Positions 44,089 through 58,200 of a DNA stretch of 64,000 nucleotides are shown here, one piece after another. The position numbers and the translations under genes were made by a program. Location: assembly GCF_009914755.1 (NCBI RefSeq), contig NC_060936.1, one strand, 5' to 3'. Within the stretch, counting starts at the first letter, position 1, and each line of letters opens with the position of its first letter. This stretch comes from the human T2T-CHM13v2.0 reference genome, Homo sapiens. Under the pieces are notes generated by a model. That model was not told the origin of the DNA, did not search any database, and was given only the letters and a program-made list of their open reading frames with translations.

Positions 44089-44685
44089 TGTAATATGCCA
44101 GTCTGGAGGAGCAGGTTCACTGTGCACTGGTTATCAACTTGTCTAAGTCCATGGAGACAGAGCACACTCATATGCAACAAGTTATATGAAGTGGATTTAT
44201 TATCTGCAGGTAAGTTTCAAGGAACAAGAGAACGCTAGGATCCCTTGTGAGCCAGTTCACTAAGGCTCAGGAAAGCTGCCTGGGGCAGATGGAATCATTA
44301 CTCTGTGTGCCCCACTTGCATCACAGCTGAGGGGCCCCAAAAGGCAGACCATCCTAGATTATATAACTCAAAAGCAACAGGACCAGTGAGCAAAGCTTTG
44401 AAGGATATTCTGCTACTAGGGGAGTGAGAAACCAAGCCTCAGCTGTCTTAGACAGTTCCCCTTTAATTCAAGCTGTTACATTGCCTAGGAGGAATAGGAA
44501 TAAGGCCGAGGCTGTTGCAAGCGGTTCCTCCCTACCTCAGAATATTGTATTCCCAACACATACTATGATTATTCTGAGAGCCACATGAAGGAAAAGCGGG
44601 GGGTTCCCTCTTTTCTTAGATCTTTTATTTGTCCTTGGATCTTTCCTGGATTAGTCTAAGGCCACCATAAGTAACTGTCCTGTAA
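44089..44685 (-). mobile_element. Solo LTR, probably ERVL class (MER76/MER54-like)
   Basis: CAGGTTCACTGTGCACTGGTTATCAACTTGTCT…GGATTTATT (antisense poly(A) signal); subfamily uncertain. Confidence 0.55.
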
Positions 44686-44739
44686 GTCTCCCTTCTATAT
44701 GCATTATATATATATATAATCTCATTTAAGATACACAAT

Positions 44740-46145
44740 AATCTCTTATTTTAAAAGAAAACAAAAAAAACCCTATTAATCACACTTCCTCCTCTAGCTA
44801 CTATTCTTTTTCCCTTCTTTTTTTTAATCAGTAAAATTTCTTGAAAGAGTTGGCTAGGAGTTGCTGTCTTTTGTCTCACGAAACTTTTCTCTTGACCTCA
44901 TTTCAATAGTGCTTTTGTCTGCACCATTTTACCAAAATTTCTCTTATCCAGGTCAACAGTCATTCCCATGTTACAAAATTCAATAGTCACTTGCTGTTAC
45001 TCATCTACTGATAGCAGTTGAAACTGTTGATTACTCCTTGGAATATTTTCTTCCTTGATTCTCTGGAATTATCTAAGTGCGCCTCCTTTTTTTACTAGCC
45101 ATTTCTTCTCAGTGCCCTTTGTGGGTTTCTACTGATCTTCTCTGACTTCAAATATTGGAATGTCATAGAGTTTAGTTTTTAGACCCTGTATCTATCACAC
45201 TAACTGCCCAGAAGAAGTCACACAGTGTCTTGACTTAAGATAATGGCTGCACATTGATGGATTCTAAATTTATATCTCCATCTTTTTCTGAACTTCAGTC
45301 TCCTACATGTAACTACCTACCAATGAGCATTTCAAATGTATTACATCCTTAACCTCTCTTCTCCATCAGCAGTGCTCCTCTTCTAATTTTCACTATTTCA
45401 GTATATGGTAATTTATTTCTGAGGCAAAACACCTTCTCTCTCTCTCCTACCCAACAGTCAATACATAAGTAAATTCATTTAAGTCTATGTTTTAATGACA
45501 TCTTGAATCTGTTCACTGGGCTACTACATTAGTTGGAGTTACAATGATCTTATTTCTTAGACTTCTTTCTGTTTCCATTCTTTCTCTCCTACTGCCTTTT
45601 CAATTCATCAGCCAGGGCTATTCTATAAAACATAAACAAGCTTTTGTCATGTTTCTGCACAAAATCCTCCAATGACTTCACATATCAATCAAAGTCTTTA
45701 CCTTGACTCAAGGCCCTGTATAATCTGCTACCTTCCCACGCGCTGCCCCTTATCTAATGAAAATCACCTTCTTTCCCCTCTGTCTTCCTTTGCTGAATCC
45801 TCATTGGCGACCTTGCTATTATTTGTATAAACCATACGTGTTCTTGACTCAATCCTTCCTACATGCTATTCTCTGACTAGAATGATTTTTTCCAGAACAT
45901 TTACATAACTTGCTATTTCATTACCTTCAGACTCAATTATTTTGCTGAGATCTTCACTGAGAATCTTTTCTAAAATATCAACAGCCTCCCTACTTTCTTT
46001 CCCTTTCACTCTCTATTCTTTTACCTTATATTATCTTTGTTCCCTGACCAATTACATCTTTATTTATTGTCCCTTTCCCCCATGCAAATTCCATGAAGTC
46101 AGAGATTAAACTTTATTAATGCTATATTCCTGGTGCCTACAACAG
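44740..46145 (+). mobile_element. L2 LINE 3' region
   Basis: Pyrimidine-rich L2 body ending TTCCATGAAGTCAGAGA…GCTATATTCCTGGTGCCTACAACAG. Confidence 0.7.
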
Positions 46146-49002
46146 ATCACAAGAGAACTGAAAACAGACATAATTATCTCTTTAATTTTAGTATTAAATT
46201 ATTTATCATATTATGAGATACCTGCTAATGTTATCTTTATTTACTCATTAGGCTCAGAGAGATTCAGAGCCCTGCTCAGTTAGTAAGTGGTAGAGATAGA
46301 ACTCGAGTCCATACTGTTTTTAGTCCACAGTCCATATTTTCATTCAGTTTCTTGGCTATTCGCAGGCCCCTGCAACCTTCTATCCAGCTCTCCAAATCCG
46401 CCTGCTACATTTTTAGCAATTTGTGTTTCCCTTTATGTGTCCCCATGACATTCATTTTAACCTGATTTTATTTATAAAAATGCATTTATGGCAGCAAGAG
46501 GCACAATAAGATAATCTCCTATCCCCAGAAACTACTCCAATCATGCCTGAGCAGTATTTCACTGTCTGTGGAGAAGGCTTTGCTGTTAACTCCAACAATT
46601 AAGAGTTGGCAAAATTCCAGTAGTCCACAGGGCCTATGCCCTTATCATTTAGTTCTTAAAAATGAAAAGTAATTAGATAATTGGAAACAACTATGATATA
46701 TAATAGCATTTGAGACCTCAAGAGAAATAAATAGAATAAAATGAATAAAAACTAGAAAAACCAATATAGACCATCTTGTCATTCTAGTTATGAGGATTCC
46801 AGGGGGAGAAAATGGATCACAAAAGAACTGAAAATAAACACGATTATCTCTTTAATGTTAGCCATAAGTATGCTTAGTCAGACTCTTTGTTTTTAACCAA
46901 AATCATCTTGAAAGGCAAACATTCATTGAATGCTTACCATTTTTCATGAGTATCAAACTTTCTTGGAGATTTGAAAGGTTTTATTGGAAAAATCCATTAT
47001 AATGTACTTGAATAAAAAAGTAAACACAGTCTTTTTACATATATACACCAACAAATAAGAAAGGTGAGCATATCCAAGTCACTATATTACAGAATCAATA
47101 TTATTCAAGATTCAGGAAAAAATTTTACCTAACTTTTATGTCCTTTTTTATGTGCATTTAGAAGATTCTAAGTTACTTTTTCTGTGGTACTAGAATGAAC
47201 TCAAATTTCATTCCATTGGATTTATATAAATTCCATGAGTTGATAACAAGTTTAGTACAATATGAATCAGAAAAGTTTTATACCTATAACAACCACCTGT
47301 GTCTCTTCTCTTGCACTTTAACAAATATTTTCAAAATGTTATTTTTAAAAAATGAATTATTGCTACCATTACTATGTATGTTTTCAACTCAACAAGTCTT
47401 CAAAAAATTGCTTAGATATCCAAAAGGAAATAGGATTATGCCCTTTGAATTTATTTACCATGTTCTTTGAAGATAGCAATTTCCCTGCCTTAGAAGATAA
47501 AACAATGAGACAAATTCAGTCAGAAAATAAACTCAGTTTAGATAACTTGGGGAAAATAATTCGAATGCATTTATCAGAAATGTATTCAAAATATATTTTT
47601 GACATTATTGAGAAAAAACTATTTAAAAATATTTTATTTTCAATAGTTAACATATTTTAAATTTATTGACTTGTAAATCTGGAAATACCATTGGAAAAAA
47701 ACACATCTGTTTGTTTACCATGGAATTTCTGAGGATGAGAATGCCCAGGTCTATTTTTACCTATATATTTGCTTATATAAAGATGCAGAGTTAATATGCA
47801 CTAAGAACAAGAAAAGTCATTCTTGAAAATTATTGGACTGTTTACTGTGTTGTGATGCTGCAATATTATTTAAAGAATTATTCCCCTTTGAATCAATATA
47901 ATTACTCAGTTGGGGTACTGTGGTCAGCCAGAGGGTATATCCAAATATTGCACTTTTGAAAATATTTCTATCTTGCTGTGTTGAAGACTGCATCCATTAG
48001 AAGGGTAGCCAGAAAATAAATACTACCTGCTGTTTAAGAATCATAAATTGCCTTGTCATGCTATTCAATGACAAACAGATAAAAAAGCAGATTAAATGAG
48101 TATGAAAAACAGATTAAATGCGTATGCAACATAAAAGCAAGTTCAAATCATTTGTGGAAAGTGAATATTATTTTAACTCAGTTCGTAAGTGGGAAAGAAA
48201 AGACTTTCATACTCAAATACAAGTACTGATGAAATCTAGAAGATTCTAAAAGATAAATATTCTTTTACCACTTCCAACATTGTGATTAGAGAAAAATAGA
48301 TTTTTACAAAACCATTACATATTTCATGGCTAATACAAATATAATTTATTTCTGACTAAGTGTAATTCCAAACAGTTTTACTTAATAAAATAAATTTATT
48401 TTCAATTAATTTTCTATAACTATTTTAAGGCTGTATTAAAGAACCTCAGGTTGAATTGATATTATATTTCTAATGGCCTTAAATCTTTTTTAACGATGTG
48501 TATATTAATCAATAAAAACATATACTTCTTGGCCTTATAAAAAATTCTCTGGCCCCTGCAAAGTAATTCAATAACAATTCAGTTTGTATACATTACAACA
48601 TTTTTATAGCCTAGTTTCCATTTGATCTATGAGCTCTGTAAGTGGCTTTAAGTGAGAAAGCCTGGTAGGAAGCATTTTGGGTAAATCAGAGTAAGAAAAC
48701 CATGGATCTGCCTTTGTTACTCAAGAGAAGCACGCTAGAAGGGTTTTTCCAAGGCAAGACAAAGCTGGAAGCATTATTACCCAAACAAGTCCATGTACAC
48801 ATCGAGTTAAGTCACCAGTTACAGCTTAGGGGAACAAGAACACTCAGCAGTTCAGAAAAGAAAAATGGATGGAAATTCTTTGGGCTTTAATCTATTCTGG
48901 GTATACATTCTGAGTCCATGTCTCACAAGCTATAAGATCGTCAAGCCTCCAGGCTTCAGTTTTCTTTTCCGTAAAATGGGCTTAAAAATTATACTCAAGT
49001 CG

Positions 49003-49299
49003 GGCCGGGCGCGGTGACTCAAGCCTGTAATCCTGGCACTTTGGGAGGCCGAGACGGGCGGATCACGAGATCAGGAGATCGAGGCCATCCTGGCTAACAC
49101 GGTGAAACCCTGTCTCTACTAAAAATACAAAAAAATTAGCTGGGCGTGGTGGCAGGTGCCTGTAGCCCCAGCTACTCAGGAGGCTGAAGCAGGAGAATGG
49201 CGTGAACCCAGGAGGCAGAGCTTGCAGTGAGCGGAGATTGCACCACTGCACTCTAGCCTGGGCAACAGAGTAAGACTCCGTTTCAAAAAAAAAAAAAAA
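49003..49299 (+). mobile_element. AluY with TSD ATTATACTCAAGTC, inserted in a MIR (~48890-49420)
   Basis: AluY diagnostics, CpG-rich; TSD at 48988-49001 and 49301-49314. Confidence 0.96.
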
Positions 49300-51041
49300 T
49301 ATTATACTCAAGTCACAGAGTTATAGAATGAATTATATGAGATAATATGTATTAGGCAACTATCACCATGTCTGGCATAGAGAAAACACTGGATGCATAC
49401 TGTGTTGGGTATTGTTACCGTATTATCATCATAAGTACCATCGTTACTATCATCATAGAAAGAATAGAAGCCAAGAAGTAGAGACCTTGTGAGGAATGCA
49501 ATGCAGCACTGACAAGGCAGTTTAGGAAACGAAGTTGGCAAACTCTGGCATAAAGCAGATGTTTCTGTCATGCAGAGCTCAGCATGTACTTCCAGGGCAG
49601 GACAGCTCCTTAAAGGCACTGCTCCAGGCCAAAAATGAATCAGGAGGAGCATACATAGCCCCAAACTGTCGTCCACACTACCCAGCTAAAACTTGTCATT
49701 AAATACAACCCTTTTTAGGTCATGTGTTGACCACCCTGTGTGAGAAAAGCTTGTGTGACTTAGATCCTAGCCGAAAATACAATATCATCAAAATACTGTA
49801 TTAAATTAGCAGGCATGGGAAAGAATGATGGAAATATAGCAGCAGTTAATCTTTTTCTAGCCATGTAGCAATCCAGCCTACATTTTTCTATTACAGCTGT
49901 ACTAAAACAGATTCTCCAGCTTCTCTAAGAAGTGGGGAAATGAGGATCAACTAAGAAGTTACCTCATTAATATGCTTAAAAATGTAACACACACTACGGC
50001 TACGTGGTTTGACCTAAAACTTTTGTAAACTATAGGGTGTCAGGAATTACACTGGTAGGAGCCAGTTAACTAAAATTTGTTCACTTGAGAGGCCACGTGG
50101 GACACTGCTAGTAGGGTGGGTCCAGAGAAGTATTGTAAAGGGACTCCCTAAATACAGCTCCTGGCAATATTGCCTGGCTATTAGATGCTGGAGGTTAAAT
50201 GCAGCAGGAAGCAGAATGGCGTTTTTAAAAAGTCAATTAAATTGTGTCATTGCCCTACTGAAAGCCTACTGAAAGCCCACTCCTATCACTTAAAAACAAA
50301 ATTACATGCCTTAGAATTGTCTGAGTAGTGTTAAATAAAGTGACCTGGTTTACCTTTCTGAACTTATCTTTTAGAGATTGTCTCATGGCTGACTCTGCTT
50401 CATTCAGATCTCAGCTCAAATCCCACATTTCTGAGAGGTCCTTTCCCTGCCAATGACTCTCCATCATTTTGCTTGGCCAGTAGTCATGCCATACTGGCTG
50501 TTCAATATTTTGAATATTATCCTTACTATGTTATATATTTTGCTATATATATATTAATATATTACATATCAAACAAGTACTTTAAAAAGTACTCAAGTCA
50601 CAGAGTTGTTGAATGAATTACATGAGGTAATGTATGTTAAGCAACTATCTCCATGCCTGGCACAGAGAAAACGCTGGATGCATACTTGTGTTTATTTTTA
50701 TTGTATCATCATTATAATCAGCAGCAGCACAGAATGAGAAAAGAGGCCAAGAAGGAAGCTGTGACAAAATAGGGCAGGAAGCTAAGTTGGCAAACTGTTG
50801 GCATGAAGCAGATGTTTATCTCATGCAGGCCCTGTTGACTTCCTTTATAGTATTGATCGCTGTCTAAAATCATATTTGTTAACTTGATGTTTTTTTCTTC
50901 TATCTCTTCTTTAGCTCATAAGTAAGCCCCATGAGGGCAGGGACTTTTCCTGCTTTATTCTCTACAATTTCAACAACTCTTTGATATACCTTTGATATAC
51001 CTTTAACATATGTAGCATAGTAATATATATTACATAATGCA

Positions 51042-51110
51042 TTAAGTTAGTGCAGAAGTAATTGTGCAGTTTTTGGCAAAAACTGCACAATTACTTCTGC
51101 ACCAACATAA
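51042..51110. mobile_element. MADE1 (Hsmar1-derived MITE)
   Basis: TTAAGTTAGTGCAGAAGTAATTG…CAATTACTTCTGCACCAACATAA palindrome resembling MADE1 TIRs. Confidence 0.88.
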
Positions 51111-51206
51111 TAAGAGATTACTATATATTTTGTGTTATATATATATAAACGTGTGTACATATATATATGTGTATATATATATATGGAGAGAGAGAGAAAT
51201 ATATAT

Positions 51207-51538
51207 ACAGATTTCAAGTTTATGATGGTGTGAAAGAGACACACATTCAGTAGAAACCATACTTCAAGTACGCATACAACCTCTTTGTTTTCCACTTTCA
51301 GTACAGTGTTCAATAAATAACATGAGCTATTCAACAACTAATTTTAGTAGGTTTTGGGTTTGATAATTTTGCTCAAAAGTAGGCCAGTGTAAATGTTCTG
51401 AGCACATTTAAGGTGGATAAGGCTAAATTGTGGGTGTTCGGTAGGTTAGGTGTTTTAAATGCGCTTGTGACTTACAATATTTTCAACTTATTATAAGTTT
51501 ATCTAAATGTAACCACATGGTAAATCAAGGAATATCTG
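51207..51538 (-). mobile_element. Tigger-derived DNA transposon (MER47A-like)
   Basis: GTTCGGTAGGTTAGGTGTTTTAAATGC…ATTTTCAACTTA…ATCTG matches remembered MER47A consensus in reverse. Confidence 0.75.
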
Positions 51539-51824
51539 CACATATTGATACATATAACTCAATAGATAATGATATATAATATAGTATAATATTTAGTATT
51601 ACCTGAACACTGGCCAATCAGAAGGGAAACTGCTATACTGATGAAGCAAGTTCCTGGAGGTCCCTGCTGGTTCAAGCGTTAACCCGTTAGGTGATGCATC
51701 CATAAGTCTAAGAGCAATGATAGTCTGATGACCAGGTATGGTGGAGGGATATTCAGGAGCTTAGGCAGAAGCTATTTCCAAACTGGTAGAAGTATTTAAC
51801 ATTTTACTAACCAATGTGGCTTTA

Positions 51825-52236
51825 CTAATTATCAATTGCTACATTACAAAGTACCCAAAACTTACTGATTTAAAATAACAAATTTATTATCTCATAAATT
51901 CTATGGGTTATAAGTTCAGGCAAGGCATAACTGGGTTTTCTGTTCAAAGTATCGCAAGACTGAAATTAAATGTTTTGGTCAGACTGCTTTCTGTTCTGGA
52001 GCTCAGGGTCCAGCTGCAGAGTCACAGAGGTATTGCAGAATTTAGTTCCTTGTGGGTGGATAGAAACTGAGGTTGTTATTTCATTGCTAGTTTTTGTCCA
52101 TGGGCCACTCTCAGATACTAGAAGCCTTTCATAGTTGTAGAGGGGTAGCCCTCTCTTATAGCTGATTATTTCTTCTAGGAAAACAGGATAATCTCTAATA
52201 TCAGGGAAGGCTTGTCCTCTTTAAAAGAGCTCACCT
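51825..52236 (-). mobile_element. MLT1 LTR, interrupted by the L1; remainder at ~58478-58620
   Basis: AAAATAACAAATTTATTATCTCATAAATTCTATGGG…CAGAATTTAGTTCCTTG; continues GCTCACCTGATTAGGTCTTGCCCA after the L1. Confidence 0.75.
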
Positions 52237-55200
52237 AAGAGTTCACCTCTGACCCTTCATGAAGCAGGGCCCCTGGCTCAGGATCACACATGAACTGCCC
52301 CATGTACTACTGAGCACATCCACTGGTATTGGCTCTGAGTTTCCCTGGGGAGGGCCACCCAGAGGCAACTGATAGCCCCTTTGCCACTACCACAGCAGTG
52401 GTCCTTCCTCTGATGCCCTCAGTCTGGGGAAGAAACAAAGAGCCTGAGGGCTCACTCCCTGCATGCCACAGTCACCATACGGACAGGAGCTCAGTCTCTC
52501 CTCCCTGTGAGCCCTTGACCCCTGCTGCTCCTCATCAAGCAGAACCTTCAGATCAGGCCAGCAGTGCAGCTGCTCAACCACCTGGCTGAACATTCCCAGT
52601 AGCAGTGGCTCCATGTTTCTCTGAGATGGAGCTCCCAGAGAACACCAAAAACCCCTCTCTCACTGCTACTGCAGTGGTACTGCCCTTGCTGCCCTCAGAC
52701 TGGGAAAGAAGCAAATACTATGAGTGCTTTAACTGCACCTCCAGCAAGCTGCAGTTGCCCTAAGGAGAAGAGATGAGTCTGTCTCTCCTGTTACCCACCC
52801 TCCCTCTTTGTTCACTACCAGGAAGGGCCCTCCTGTCTTGGGCCCACAGTTCAGCTGCCCCATCCCAGTCTGATTGCTGTGATTGATAGCAGCTCCACAT
52901 CTCTCTGGATTGGAGCCCCAAGAGATAAGTGAAAGGCCCTCTGCCACAACCACTGCTAAAATCTCTTCCCTTGCTGCCCCCAAGCTAGGGAAGGAACATA
53001 AAGCCTGAGCTTGCACCAGAGCTACAGTGTGCAGCCTGAGAGTGCCAAGCTGAGATCTGCAGCCAGTAATAAAGTGGGAGAGGAGCCCACACTTATAGAA
53101 CACTGAGAAAGGGCATGGCTACAATCTTGAAGAAATAAAGAAGAGTCAAGTGGCTGAGCAGGAGGCTACATACTGGCCATTTTGCTTATGTGCCACCTAC
53201 TGGATCACAGGCCAAATCTTCAGCACCACAAATACTTTGCTAATACACCCACCCTGGGAAACCAACGACAAGAATTCAGCTATAAATAAAGTCCCTGCAC
53301 AGGGTCTCTGCTTTCTGAAAATATCTAGAAAAGTCTACTGACTGTTCACAAATTACACTTCAGTTAAAGGAACAACAAACAGCCCATACATATAAGAAAG
53401 AATGAGTGCAAGAACTCTGGCAACTCAGAAAGCTAGAATGGCTTCTTTCCTCCAAATGACTGCACTTGTATCCCAGCGAGAGTTCTCAACTGGGCTGAAA
53501 TGGCTGAAATGACAGAAAGAGAATTCAAAATATGGATAAGAATGAAGATAATTGAGATTCAGGAGAAAGTTGACACCAACTCCAAGGAATCTAAGGATTA
53601 CAATAAAATAGTAGAGGAGCTGATAGATGAAATGGCCAGGAAAAGAAAGAACTAAAATGATCTGATAGAGCTGAAAAACCTATTACAAGAATTTCATAAT
53701 GCAATCAAAAGTATTAATAGCAGAATAGACAACACTGAAGGAAGAATCTCAGAGTTCAAAGACTCTCTCTCAGAACTAACTCAGTCAGCCAAAAATAAAG
53801 AAAAAAGAATGAACAAAACCTCTGAGAATTATGGGATTATAAAAAGCGAGAAAATATTGATTTATTGGCATCCCTAAAAGAGAAAAGGAGAAAGCAAGCA
53901 ACTTGGAAAGTATATCTCAGGATATCTTCCATGAAAACTTCTCCAATCTTGCTAGAGAGGCCCACATTCAAATTCTGGAAATGCAGAGAATCCCCATGAA
54001 ATACTACATGAGACCATCCCCAAGACACATAAGCATCAGAGTCTCCAAGGTCAAAATGAGACAAAGGGCAGGTCACCTAAAAGAGAAACTCATTGGGCTA
54101 ACAGCAGATCTTTCAGCAGAAACTCTGTAAGCCAGGAGAGATCGGGAGTCTACCTTCAGCATTCTTAAAAGAAAAGAATTTCCCATCAAGAATTACATAT
54201 CCAGCTAAACTAAGCTTCATAAGTAAAGGAGAAATAAGATCCTTTTCAGAGAAGCAAATGCTGAGGGAATTTGTTACCACCAGAGCTGCCTTACAAGAGG
54301 TCCTGAAAGGAACACTAAATATGGAAAGAAAAGACCATAATCAGGCACTATAAAAGCACACTTAAGTACACATACCAGTGACACTTTAAGTAACCACACA
54401 AACAAGTCTGCTTAATAACCAGCTAATGACACAATGACAGGATCAAATCTGCACATATCAATACTAACCTTGAATATAAATGGACTAAGTGTCCCAATTA
54501 AAAGGCTCAAAGTGGCAAGCTTGATAAAGAATCAAGACCCAGTGGTATGCTGCCTTCAAGAGACCATCTCACATGCCATGATACCCATGGGCCCAAAGTA
54601 AAGGAATGAAAAAAAATCTACCAAACAAATAAAAAACAGAAACAAGCAAGGGTTGCTCTCCTAATTTCAGGCACAGCAGATTTTAAACCAACAAAGATCA
54701 AAAAGACAAGGGCATTACATAATGGTAAAGGGTTCAACTTAACAAGAAGAGCCAACAATCCCAAATATGTACTCATCCACACAGGAGCACCCAGCTTTAT
54801 AAAATAAGTTCTTAGAGATTTATGAAGAGACTTAAGTTCTCACACAATGAAACTGGGAGATTTCATCACCCAACAGACAGTATCAGACAGACCATCAATG
54901 CAAAAAATTCACAATGATATTTAGGAACTGAACTAAGCACTTGACCAAATAGACCTAATAGAACTTTACAGAACTCACCACCACAGAACAACAGAATATA
55001 CATTCTTCTCATTGCCACATGGTACATACTCTAAAATTGATCACACAATTGGACATAAAATAATCCTCAGCAAAATCATAAAAAAATACTAATCATGCTC
55101 TTGGACCATAGTGCAATAAAAATAGAAATCAATGCTAAAAAATCATTCAAAATTATACAATTACATGGAAATTAAACAACTTCCTCCTGAATGACTTTTG

Positions 55201-58200
55201 GGTAAAGAATGAAATTAAGGCAGAAGTAAGAACATCTTTGACACTAATGAGAACAAAGATACAACATACCAGAGTCTCTAGAACACAACTAAGGCAGTGT
55301 TAAGATAGAATGTTATAGCTTTAATGCCCACATCAAAAAGTTAGAAAGGTCTCAAATTAACACCCTAACACAGCTAGAGGAACTGAGAAGCAAGAGCAAA
55401 CCAAACCCAAAGCTGCAGAAGATAAGAAATAAGCAAAATCAGATCTGAATGGAAGGAAATTGAAACACAAAAAAACCATAAAAAGATCAATGAATCCATG
55501 AGTTTCTTACTTAAAAATGTTAATAAGATAGATAGACTGCAAGCTAGAAAGAGAGAAGATCCAAATAAACAATTAGAAATGACAAAAGGGACATTACCAC
55601 TGACTCCAAATAAAAAAAAAATTATAGTACTATGAACACCTGTTTGCACACAGACTGGAAAATCCAGAAGAAATTGATACATTTCTGAACACATACAACC
55701 TCCCAAGACTGAACCAGGACGAAATTCAATCCATGAACAGACCAACTACAAGTTCCAAAATGGAATCAGTAATAAATAGCTTACCAACCAAAAAAAGCCC
55801 AGAACCAGATGGATTCACAGCTGAATTCTACCAGATGTATAAAAAAAGCTGGTATCATTCCTACTGAAACTATTCCAAAAAGTTGAGGAGGAGATCCTCC
55901 TCCCCAACTCATTCTATAAAACATTATCTTGATACCAAAAGCTGGCAGAGACACAACAAAAAAAGAAAACTTCAGACCAATATCCTTGATGAACATAGAT
56001 GCAAAAGTCCTGAACAAAATACTTGCAAACCAGATCCATAAGCACATCAAAAATCTTATCCACTGTGATCAAATGGGCTTTATCTCTGGGATGCAAGGTT
56101 GGTTTAACATATGTAAATCAATACACATGATTCATCACATAAGGAGAAGTGAGAACAAAATCACATGATTATCTTAAAAGATGCAGAAAAGGCTTTTGAT
56201 AAAATTCATTTGATTGAAATGAAGTCATTTTAAACATCTCTTCTTGTTAAACATCCTCATTAAACTAGGCACTGAAGGAACATACTTCAAAATAATGAGA
56301 GCCATCTATGACAAACTCACAGCCAACATCATATTGAATGTGCAAAAGCTGAAAGCATTTTCCTTGTAAACTAGAACAAGACAAGGATGCCCACTCTCAC
56401 CACTCCTATTCAATACATTAATAGTACTGGAAGTCCTATACTTGCTTGAAGCAATCAGGCAAGTGAAAGAAATAAAAAGCGTCAAAATAGGGAGAAAAGA
56501 AATCAAATTACCCCTTTTTGCAGATGACATGATTCTATATCTAGAAAGTCTGATAGTGTCTGTCTGAAAGCTCCTTGATCTGATAAACAACTTCAGCAGA
56601 TTTTAAGGATACAAAATCAATGTACAAGAGTCAGTAGCATTCCTATACACCAACAACATCCATGCTGAGAGCCAAATCAGGAATGCAATCCTATTGATAA
56701 TTGCCACAAAAAGAACAAAATACCTAGGATACAGCTAACCAAGAAGGCGAAACATCTGTATAATGAGAATCACAAAACATTTCTCAAGGAAATCAGATAT
56801 GATACAAATCGGAAAACATTTCATGCTCATGGATATGAAGAATCAATATTGTTGATTCTTGGCCATACTGCCCAAAGCAATTTACAAATTCAATGCTATT
56901 CCTTTCAAATTACCAATGACATTTTTTACAAACTTAAGAAAAAGCTATTTTAAAATTCATATGAAATGAAAAAAGAGTCTGAATAACCAAGGCAATCCTA
57001 AACAAAAAGAAGGAAGAAGAATAAAGCATCACATTACCTGACTTCAAACAATATTTCAAGGCTACAGTAACCAAAACAGCAAGATACTGGTATAAAAATA
57101 GACACGTATATCACTGGAACAGAATAGAGAACCCAGAAATAATGATGCACACCTACAGCCATCTGATCTATGACAAAGTTGACAAAAATGGGGAAGGGAC
57201 TCTCTATTCAATAAATGGTGCTGGGATAACTGGCTAGCCATATGCAGAATATTGAAACTGGAATGCCTCCTTATACCATGTACAAAAATAAATTCGAGAT
57301 GGATTAAAGACTTAAAGGTAAAACCTAAAACTATCAAAACCCTGGAAGATAACCTAGGAAATACCTCTTTGGACATGGGAAATGGCAAAGATTTCATGAC
57401 GAAGATGCCAAAAGCAATTGCAATGAAAACAAAAATTGACAAGTGGAACCTAATTGAAGTAAAGAGCCTCTGCACAGTAAAAGAAACTATCAATAGAGTA
57501 AACATGCAACCTACAGAATGGGAGAAAATATTTGCAAACTATACATCTGACAAAAGTCTACTGTCCAGAATCCGTAAGGAACTTAAATTTCTAAGCAAAA
57601 AACAACCCCATTAAAAAGTTGGCAAAGTACATGAACAGACACTTTTTAAAAGAAGACATACAAGCAGCCAAGAAGCATTTGAAAAGACTATCGAACCTCA
57701 ATAATCATTACAGCAATGCAAATCAAAACCACAGTGAGATACCATCTCACATCAGTCAGAATGGCAGTTACTAAAAAGTCAAAAATTAACAGATGCTGGC
57801 AAAAAAAGGGAATGCTTATACACTGCAGACAGGACTATAAATTAGTTCAGCCATTGTGGAAGGCAGTATGGTGATTTCTGAAATAACTTAAAACAGAACT
57901 ACCATTCAACCCGCAATCCCATTATTGGGTATATACCCAAGGGAATATAAATCATCCTACCATAAAGACACATGCATTCATATATTCATTGAAGTACAAT
58001 TCATAATAGCAGAGACGTGGAATCAACCTAAAGGGTAGACTGAATAAAGAAAATGTGGTACATATACACTGGGGAATACTTACAGTTATTTAAAAAAAAA
58101 AAACAACCAAAAAAAAAGATCATCTCCTCTGCAGCAACATGGATAAAGCTGGAGGCCATTATCCTAAGCAAACTAATGCAGGAACAGAAAACCAGACACC

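Noticed and set aside
48080-51004. Short tandem duplications (near 48082-48127, 50255-50277, 50979-51004)
   Set aside because: Ordinary slippage events with no further structure
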